The notes beneath the pieces were generated by a model that saw only the letters and a list, made by a program, of their open reading frames with translations, had not been told where the DNA came from and made no database searches. Shown piece after piece: positions 11,278 through 17,541 of a stretch of DNA of 19,692 bases. The position numbers were made by a program, and so were the translations under genes. The DNA is from a virus (taxonomy: Duplodnaviria > Heunggongvirae > Uroviricota > Caudoviricetes): the IMG/VR virus record IMGVR_UViG_2778261637_000010, positions 1 to 19,692 of that record; one strand, 5' to 3'. The stretch's first letter is position 1. Every line of letters starts with the position of its first letter.

Positions 11278-12690
11278 ATGGCTACTTGGCAACAAGGAAT
11301 CAACTCAGGCGGCTTTCTTGCCGGTATCGGTGGGCAAAACTCAAATGCGCCAAAGGCAAGTGATGTAAGTGAGGCGTTGGCCTATATTCGCCAGAACAAC
11401 GAAATGGAGCGTTCAGGTCGCAATAACATCGGCCTTCAGGCGTTGCAGGGACTTGGTAGTGTCGCTCAAACATATCAAGCTGCAAAGCAACAGGAAGCGG
11501 ATGCTGCATTCCAAAAAGAATATGCGGCAGCCATCCAGTCCGGTGATCGACAGCAGGTTCGAGATCTGATGACCAAATATCCTGGTCAATTAGAGAAGAT
11601 TCAGTCTGGTATGAAGTGGGCAGACGAAGACCAGCGCAATTCTATCGGCACCTTAGCGGCTGGCGCACGCCTTGCGTCATCGTCTCCAGAAGCAATGCAA
11701 TCATGGCTGCAAAACAACGCCAAGGAACTGACTCGCGTCGGTGTTGACCCTAACAGCGTTGCTCAGATGTATCAGCAGAACCCTTCAGGATTTGGTGAGT
11801 TTGTTGATCACCTTGGGATGGCTGCGCTTGGTCCGATTGACTACTTCAATGTTCAGGACAAGATGGCTGGTCGTGAGATTGACCGAGGCAGGCTGGCAGA
11901 GACAATCCGCAGCAATCAGGCTGGTGAAGCACTTCAGGCGAGAGGGCAAAACCTTTCCTATCAGTCAGCAATGACTGGGCACAATATCGCAGCACAACGC
12001 TTGGCTCTGGATCAGCAAGAGTTCGGGTTTAAGATGCAGCAAGCGCAGGAAAAGGCTCAGCAGTTGATTAGCGAAGCACCTAAGCTGTCAGTAAACATGG
12101 AAAAAGGCATCGAGACGGCTGTAAACAATGCTACAGCATCATCAAACTCAGCCAATTCTATGAGTGCGCTTGCTCAACAGTTCAGAGCAGAAAAACCAAC
12201 GACAGGTTTGTTCGGTAACGCACAGAACATGTTCGCAAAACTTACCGGAAGCGATACAACATTGCGTGATTTGCGCATTCGCCAAAATGCCCTTGTTAAC
12301 AGTCAGGTTCTTAAATTCCTACCTCCCGGCCCAGCAACGGATAAAGACGTTGAGATCGTTCGACAGGGTGCGCCAACTGACATGGATAACCCTGAGACGG
12401 TCGCAAGATGGCTTGATGCAATGGCAAACCTTGAGCGACGAAACGCGCAGTTTAATGAGTTTAAAGCCGAGTGGATGAGCGCGAATGGCAACCCTGGACA
12501 ATCGCGTAATGGCGGTCAGATATTGGGGTTGGATGTTAAAAAAGGTGAATCATTGGGGAGTGCCGTTAAGCGGTATATGTCATTGAATACTGACGCAGCG
12601 CCAGCACAAGATTCGACACCTTCAGGAGAACCACGGAATCAGGTTGGATCATATACCTCAAAATCAGGCATTCAATTTACGGTGGAATGA
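11278..12690 (+). CDS. 20: Ejection (E) protein gp20-like, 470 aa
   Basis: 470 aa (P22 gp20 is 471 as recalled); ATG at 11278 after AAGGTGGGAA; synteny. Confidence 0.75.
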   Translation: MATWQQGINSGGFLAGIGGQNSNAPKASDVSEALAYIRQNNEMERSGRNNIGLQALQGLGSVAQTYQAAKQQEADAAFQKEYAAAIQSGDRQQVRDLMTKYPGQLEKIQSGMKWADEDQRNSIGTLAAGARLASSSPEAMQSWLQNNAKELTRVGVDPNSVAQMYQQNPSGFGEFVDHLGMAALGPIDYFNVQDKMAGREIDRGRLAETIRSNQAGEALQARGQNLSYQSAMTGHNIAAQRLALDQQEFGFKMQQAQEKAQQLISEAPKLSVNMEKGIETAVNNATASSNSANSMSALAQQFRAEKPTTGLFGNAQNMFAKLTGSDTTLRDLRIRQNALVNSQVLKFLPPGPATDKDVEIVRQGAPTDMDNPETVARWLDAMANLERRNAQFNEFKAEWMSANGNPGQSRNGGQILGLDVKKGESLGSAVKRYMSLNTDAAPAQDSTPSGEPRNQVGSYTSKSGIQFTVE

Positions 12691-14693
12691 TGAAAGTTAC
12701 TGCAAACGGTAAGACATTTACCTTTCCTGATGGTACGAGCACCGAAGATATTGGCACCGCCATTGATGAGTATTTTGCTGGTCAGTCAGCACCAACACAA
12801 CAAGGTGTGCAGCAATCGCCAGCAGACAACTCACTTGCATCAGGATATGCACAGCTTGCCACTCAGCAGAAGGAAGGACTAGATCGCTCTGCTGAGCAAG
12901 GGGCTGTTTTAGGTGCTGCAATGCGCGATGCCGTTACCGGTGAAAGCCGAATGACACCAGAAATGGAGAGACTGCAAAATGTTGGGTCTGCTCCAGAGCT
13001 TAATAGCTTAAGCACTGATGCGCTGCGTGCTGGATTGGGACAGCTATTTGGTTCCGACGCTTCACAGGAGAAAATACTGCAAAGTATTGGCGGGAAAATC
13101 CGGAAGGATGAGAAGGGAAATTCCATCGTCACCCTTCCTTCAGGGGAATATGCACTTAACAAGCCTGGTTTGTCACCGCAGGATATAACGTCATTCTTGG
13201 CAAATGCTCTTGCATTCACTCCAGCAGGTAGAGCTGCGTCTGTTGTAGGTGCAACACTAAAATCAGGCGCTACTGATTTAGCTTTACAGGGTGCCACTAA
13301 GATCGCTGGCGGTGAGAATGTTAATCCAGTTCAAACTGCAATTTCTGCTGGTCTTGGTGGGGTACTGAAGGGTGTAGAAAACACCGCAAGCGCAGTGTCT
13401 CGTTCTGCTATGGGTAAGATTGCTCCTGAAAAACAAGCTCAGATTGACTTTGCCAAGCAGAACAACTTGCCACTGATGACAACAGATCTTGTGGAACCGG
13501 GAACGAATATTGGTAAGCAAGCACGAGCTATGGCTGAGCGAATCCCAATAGCCGGAACAGGTGGGATAAGAAATGCACAGCAAAAGGCCAGGGAAGATTT
13601 AGTTAGAACATTTAGCGATAATGTTGGTGGAATATCTGACGCACAACTTTACCAATCAGCTACTCGTGGTCAGCAGCAATTTATTCAGGCTGCTGGCAAG
13701 CGGTACGACAGGATCATCAGTTTGATGGGGGATACTCCTGTTGACATCACTGGAACAGTGAAAGCAATTGATGAGCAGATTTCCAAGTTAACTCGCCCAG
13801 GAGTATCGCAAGACCGCTCAGCTGTTTCTGTCCTTCAACAGTTTAGAAATGACATCACCAGCGGTCCAAATAACCTGCAATTAGCTAGAGAAAACCGTAC
13901 AAACTTACGTAAGCGCTTTATGGCAGCACCTGACGAGGTCGATAGAGATACGCTGGAGAAAGCTGCGCAGTCTGTTTATAACGCATACACAACAGACATG
14001 AAAAAAGCGGTTGGCGCAAAACTAGGTGCGAAGGAAGCGCAAAACATGTCGCGTGTTGATCGTTCTTGGGCAAAGTTCAACGACATGATGAGCAATACAC
14101 GTGTCCAAAAAGCTATTCAGAGTGGTAAAACAACGCCAGAAGATGTCACTAAACTAGTATTCAGCCAAAGCCCAGCGGAAAGGGCGCAACTTTATCGATT
14201 GCTTGATGATAGTGGGCGTCAAAATGCTAGAGCAGCACTTGTTCAGCGTGCAATGGATAAGGCGACAAGCGATTCAGGAAAGCTTAGCGTTGAGAAGTTT
14301 ATTAATGAAATGAAAAGGAATCGGAAGCAGGCTGAGACGTTCTTCAGAGGAGAGCATGGGAAACAGCTTGATGGGATAATGAAATATCTTGATTCCACTA
14401 GACAGGCAGCTACTGCTGCCGCAAGCCCACTAACAGGGCAAATGGTAGCTGGTCCAGCAGCGCTGATAACAGCTCTTGCGTCTGTTACAAATCCAATGTT
14501 TGCAAAAGTTGCGGCAGTTGGAGCTGGTATCGGTATGGCTGGCAGGGGCTATGAGTCACGCGCGATGAGGAACGCATTACTAAAGTTAGCAAACACGCCA
14601 AAAGGAAGTACTGCTTATGATAGAGCGATCAGACGGGTATCTGAAACTCTTACACCTCTAATTCAGGCTTCAAGTGAGAAAGCCCAGCAGTAA
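12687..14693 (+). CDS. 16: Ejection (E) protein gp16-like, 668 aa
   Basis: ATGA overlap with gp20 stop; last gene of the rightward late block before the strand switch; synteny with P22 gene 16 but about 60 aa longer than I recall for P22 (609 aa). Confidence 0.75.
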   Translation: MMKVTANGKTFTFPDGTSTEDIGTAIDEYFAGQSAPTQQGVQQSPADNSLASGYAQLATQQKEGLDRSAEQGAVLGAAMRDAVTGESRMTPEMERLQNVGSAPELNSLSTDALRAGLGQLFGSDASQEKILQSIGGKIRKDEKGNSIVTLPSGEYALNKPGLSPQDITSFLANALAFTPAGRAASVVGATLKSGATDLALQGATKIAGGENVNPVQTAISAGLGGVLKGVENTASAVSRSAMGKIAPEKQAQIDFAKQNNLPLMTTDLVEPGTNIGKQARAMAERIPIAGTGGIRNAQQKAREDLVRTFSDNVGGISDAQLYQSATRGQQQFIQAAGKRYDRIISLMGDTPVDITGTVKAIDEQISKLTRPGVSQDRSAVSVLQQFRNDITSGPNNLQLARENRTNLRKRFMAAPDEVDRDTLEKAAQSVYNAYTTDMKKAVGAKLGAKEAQNMSRVDRSWAKFNDMMSNTRVQKAIQSGKTTPEDVTKLVFSQSPAERAQLYRLLDDSGRQNARAALVQRAMDKATSDSGKLSVEKFINEMKRNRKQAETFFRGEHGKQLDGIMKYLDSTRQAATAAASPLTGQMVAGPAALITALASVTNPMFAKVAAVGAGIGMAGRGYESRAMRNALLKLANTPKGSTAYDRAIRRVSETLTPLIQASSEKAQQ

Positions 14694-14701
14694 AAAGTTG
14701 G

Positions 14702-15022
14702 TTAGCGGTTGATGGTTGCTTTTTTCGGGTCATACCATCTCGGCCATTCTTTCAGGAATGGGAATGAGTCGGGAGCGTGGTTCTTTTTGTACGATTTAAG
14801 CAGCCTTAACCGCTCAATCGCACACTCATAAACCTCTTGTTGCCCTGTAGTCATCTCGGTCCATGAAAGGTGATCCATTGATAAGACAACGTTTTCAGCT
14901 TCTTTTATGAGGGCGTTTTTATTTCTCACCGCAGCAGCATGGCTGACAGAGCAATCCTGCCATATTCTTAAAAGCCAAATAGCTAAGCAGATGAAAAAAA
15001 TGGTAGAGAGCGATATGTACAT
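14702..15022 (-). CDS. Hypothetical signal-anchored small membrane protein, 106 aa (accessory cassette gene 3)
   Basis: ATG at 15022 with AAGGAG 6 nt upstream; N-terminal hydrophobic helix (ISLSTIFFICLAIWLLRIW) then soluble domain; stop 8 nt from the convergent gp16 stop; AT-rich. Confidence 0.55.
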   Translation of the reverse strand: MYISLSTIFFICLAIWLLRIWQDCSVSHAAAVRNKNALIKEAENVVLSMDHLSWTEMTTGQQEVYECAIERLRLLKSYKKNHAPDSFPFLKEWPRWYDPKKATINR

Positions 15023-15046
15023 GCCGATCTCCTTAGATTTATCAAT

Positions 15047-15081
15047 GCTGCATGATTTTCAACAGACATCAATCATGCAGC
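15047..15081. promoter_or_regulatory. 11-bp perfect inverted repeat GCTGCATGATT-N13-AATCATGCAGC upstream of the 106-aa ORF
   Basis: Read directly; lies in the 80-bp intergenic gap just upstream (on the minus strand) of the AAGGAG RBS of the 106-aa ORF. Confidence 0.4.
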
Positions 15082-15102
15082 TATAGGTAATAAATCAAGA
15101 AA

Positions 15103-15615
15103 CTATTGAGAACGTTTGTCTTTTTGAGACTCTAATATAGCCAATACCTTATAAAGAGATTGGTTTGTTGAGTCTAATTTTTGATCAGTGTTATCAATCC
15201 TTGACTGTAATACTGATTGGTTGTTTTGGATAGTAGCCATTATCTCTGCCTTACTGGTTTGGATGTTTCCTGTTAGCTCTTGTCGTGATGATTCAACTTT
15301 TTCATCTATAGTGCCTCGAATCGTCCATGTGGCGGCAACGATAGAACCAATGATAGCAACTGCAACCCCGTATAGCTCTAAACGTTTCACGGTATCACGA
15401 CCTTCTTCTTTGTGTTGCTCTTCTTGTAGGCTAAATATTTGTGGTTCCTTTGACGGATTTCTGCCAGTTGGTCTGTAATACTCTGAATATTTAGCGTTTT
15501 CTATTGAACTCCATAACGATTTGTCAAAGTCAAGGTTTTCATGTTGGCTTTGAGCATCTCCATAAATACTAGGTGATTTATTGTGAACATGTTGGTCAAA
15601 CATTATCTCCATCAC
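15103..15615 (-). CDS. Hypothetical single-pass membrane protein with C-terminal coiled-coil-like domain, about 167-170 aa (accessory cassette gene 2)
   Basis: Track ORF starts at GTG 15615; in-frame ATGs at 15612 and 15603 are alternative starts. One predicted TM helix (LELYGVAVAIIGSIVAATWTI, residues about 79-99) preceded by basic residues; C-terminal about 70 aa Q/N/S/T-rich with heptad-like spacing. 5' end overlaps the 3' end of the upstream ORF. Confidence 0.55.
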   Translation of the reverse strand: MMEIMFDQHVHNKSPSIYGDAQSQHENLDFDKSLWSSIENAKYSEYYRPTGRNPSKEPQIFSLQEEQHKEEGRDTVKRLELYGVAVAIIGSIVAATWTIRGTIDEKVESSRQELTGNIQTSKAEIMATIQNNQSVLQSRIDNTDQKLDSTNQSLYKVLAILESQKDKRSQ

Positions 15616-15943
15616 CCTTTACGAATTTTCCAGAAGAGATATTTTCACTAACTTTGTTTAAACTAAAAAAGTGGAAGAAACCGCAAGTGGTGCATTGCAT
15701 GGCTACCATGTTAAGACTATCGTTGCTATAAGTATCTTGATTAACAGGATTATTAGGCAAGCTTTTACCTGGTATGGATGGTCCTATAACTTCAACACCA
15801 TCATCTTTTTTAAGATGCTCCGGTGCTAAAAGAGTCCAGTTTGTATTGCTGCATATTGGGCATACATAAGTTTTTTTGAATGAAGTCAGGTAATTACTAA
15901 AAGACTCAAAAGTAACTTTTAAGTATTGCTCCTTACTGCTCAT
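15596..15943 (-). CDS. Hypothetical CxxC...CxxC (zinc-ribbon-like) protein, 115 aa (accessory cassette gene 1)
   Basis: ATG at 15943 overlaps the mnt stop (TAATG); motifs CPIC and CTTC about 55 residues apart; AT-rich coding sequence. Confidence 0.55.
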   Translation of the reverse strand: MSSKEQYLKVTFESFSNYLTSFKKTYVCPICSNTNWTLLAPEHLKKDDGVEVIGPSIPGKSLPNNPVNQDTYSNDSLNMVAMQCTTCGFFHFFSLNKVSENISSGKFVKGDGDNV

Positions 15944-16182
15944 TATTGGCCTCGAATCTTCTTAAGTACGCTAATTGCAATATCCATTGCTTCCTTCTCT
16001 GTTTTTGTGAGATCTTGAGATGTCGATGGTATGACCTTTTCTCTGTTAATCTTAATCCATAGCTGTATTGCAGCTATGATTTCAGCATTGATAGAGCGCC
16101 TGTTTGTTGCCGCAATGTGAGTAAGCTGCTGCTTGATTTCACTTGGCATTCTTACGTTAAATTGTGGATCGTTTCTAGCCAC
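15943..16182 (-). CDS. mnt: Mnt-like ribbon-helix-helix repressor, 79 aa, GTG start
   Basis: N-terminus MARNDPQFNVRMPSEIKQQL closely resembles P22 Mnt N-terminus (MARDDPHFNFRMP...) as recalled; GTG at 16182 with AGGAG 6 nt upstream; divergent from arc as in P22 immI. Confidence 0.75.
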   Translation of the reverse strand: MARNDPQFNVRMPSEIKQQLTHIAATNRRSINAEIIAAIQLWIKINREKVIPSTSQDLTKTEKEAMDIAISVLKKIRGQ

Positions 16183-16275
16183 GTCGCTCTCCTGTTATTT
16201 GTTGACATGCTAGAACGGTAGTAGTACGCTTTCAATAGTAGTACGGTGCTATCATTTAATGGAGTGGAGTGGAAT
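16183..16275. promoter_or_regulatory. Divergent mnt/arc-ant control region (Pant and Pmnt with operators)
   Basis: Rightward: TTGACA (16202-16207), 17-bp spacer, TACGCT. Leftward (minus strand): TTGAAA-N17-TAGCAT. Direct repeat TAGTAGTACG at 16219-16228 and 16236-16245; imperfect palindrome TAGTACGGTGCTA at 16237-16249. Confidence 0.55.
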
Positions 16276-16437
16276 ATGCAAGGCGCAAGAAAAATGCCGC
16301 AGTTCAATTTGCGGTGGCCTAAAGAAGTATTGGATTTGGTACGCAAGGTGGCGGAAGAGAATGGTCGGTCTGTTAACTCTGAGATTTATCAGAGAGTAAT
16401 GGACAGCTTTAAGAAGGAAGGGCGCATTGGCGCGTAA
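16276..16437 (+). CDS. arc: Arc repressor, 53 aa
   Basis: [53 protein letters not shown] differs at only 5 of 53 positions from P22 Arc ([53 protein letters not shown]); ATG at 16276 after GGAGTGGAGTGGAA. Confidence 0.92.
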   Translation: MQGARKMPQFNLRWPKEVLDLVRKVAEENGRSVNSEIYQRVMDSFKKEGRIGA

Positions 16438-16440
16438 AGT

Positions 16441-16510
16441 TGAAGCCCCAACTGCGGGAACAGTCAGGGCTTCGGTTGTCGGTAAATTCGTGGAGAAAAA
16501 CCAACATGAA
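16441..16510 (-). ncRNA. sar: Candidate sar-like antisense RNA covering the ant ribosome-binding site
   Basis: P22 makes an approximately 69-nt leftward antisense RNA (sar) from within the start of ant, ending in the arc-ant spacer. Here a hairpin (GAAGCCC 16442-16448 / GGGCTTC 16467-16473, inner ACTG/CAGT) sits about 65 nt left of the ant ATG, and the minus strand has TATACT just inside ant. No convincing -35 element or U-run found. Confidence 0.3.
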
Positions 16511-17441
16511 TAGTATAGCAATTTTAGAAGCAGTGAACACCTCTTACGTGCCTTTCAATGGTCAGCAGATTTTAACCGCTGTGGCTGCCGGAGTGACTTA
16601 TGTAGCGATGCGTCAAATTGTGGAAAACATTGGTATCGACTGGACTGGTCAATCTGTTAAGTTGCGTAAAATGAAGGACAAATTCAACTGTAGAGATATC
16701 TCTATGGTTGCTGCTGATGGCAAGTTACGTAAGCTTTTATGCATCCCGCTGAAGAAGTTAAATGGATGGCTGTTCAGCATCAACCCTGAGAAAGTTCGTG
16801 CTGACATCCGTGATAAACTGATTCAGTACCAGGAAGAATGCTTTAGCGTGCTGCATGACTACTGGACTAAAGGTCATGTAGTTAACCCACGCAAAGCTAA
16901 AAAGGCGTTGCCGGGTAAAATCACCACTGAACAGCAGGAAGCCATTAAACAACTCGTCATGAGTCGCGGTCAGTCTCTGCCAAAGGAAAAACAGGCTAAG
17001 GCGATGATCACCATGTGGTCGTCACTGAAATCTCATTTTGGGTGTTCATACAAAGAAATCAGTGAGGAGCAGTTTGCCGAAGCACTGTCACTTGCAGCTC
17101 GAGTTCCACTTGAAGGCGAGTTCATCGGCAAACAAGAGAAGAAAACCGACGAGCTTTCTGCAAAAGAAGCAAACAGCCTTGTATGGCTATGGGATTATGC
17201 CAACCGCTCACAGGCATTATTCCGCGAACTGTATCCGGCGCTGAAACAAATTCAATCGAACTATTCAGGAAGATGTCATGACTGCGGTTATGAGTTCTCC
17301 CGTATTATCGATATGGCGAGAGACGTTTTAATCAATCACACACGAGATGTTGATATCAATGAGCCAGACGGACCAAAGAATCTTTCCGCATGGATGAGAC
17401 TTAAGAATAAAGAATTACCTCCTTCAGTACATAACTACTGA
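16506..17441 (+). CDS. ant: Antirepressor Ant, 311 aa
   Basis: ATG at 16506 after GGAG (16492-16495); starts [41 protein letters not shown]; position immediately after arc as in P22 immI. Track ORF begins at an upstream TTG (16440) that I reject. Confidence 0.8.
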   Translation: MNSIAILEAVNTSYVPFNGQQILTAVAAGVTYVAMRQIVENIGIDWTGQSVKLRKMKDKFNCRDISMVAADGKLRKLLCIPLKKLNGWLFSINPEKVRADIRDKLIQYQEECFSVLHDYWTKGHVVNPRKAKKALPGKITTEQQEAIKQLVMSRGQSLPKEKQAKAMITMWSSLKSHFGCSYKEISEEQFAEALSLAARVPLEGEFIGKQEKKTDELSAKEANSLVWLWDYANRSQALFRELYPALKQIQSNYSGRCHDCGYEFSRIIDMARDVLINHTRDVDINEPDGPKNLSAWMRLKNKELPPSVHNY

Positions 17442-17459
17442 CAGATAACCAACGCAACG

Positions 17460-17483
17460 ACCCAGCTTCGGCTGGGTTTTTTT
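17460..17483 (+). terminator. Rho-independent terminator between ant and tailspike
   Basis: ACCCAGC-TTCG-GCTGGGT followed by seven T (17477-17483); same TTCG-tetraloop design as the post-coat terminator. Confidence 0.65.
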
Positions 17484-17541
17484 ATGCCCAAAATTCACCG
17501 TGGCCACGCTGCGGCGATTCATTGTATCTGGAGCAAATTAA

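Noticed and set aside
12718-13583. Minus-strand ORFs of 67-144 aa inside gp16
   Set aside because: Embedded antisense to the 668-aa ejection protein ORF.
16246-16275. N-terminal extension of arc (63-aa track ORF)
   Set aside because: ATG at 16276 gives the canonical 53-aa Arc with a good RBS; the extension lies in the operator region.
16442-16473. Hairpin as a plus-strand intrinsic terminator for arc
   Set aside because: No U-run follows on the plus strand and ant must be co-transcribed with arc from Pant.
16440-16505. TTG-initiated N-terminal extension of ant (333-aa track ORF)
   Set aside because: Begins 3 nt after the arc stop, has no RBS and spans the intergenic hairpin; ATG at 16506 has GGAG upstream.
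16152-16521. Minus-strand ORFs of 64 and 89 aa across the mnt/arc/ant control region
   Set aside because: Overlap known operators and the arc coding sequence; no RBS.
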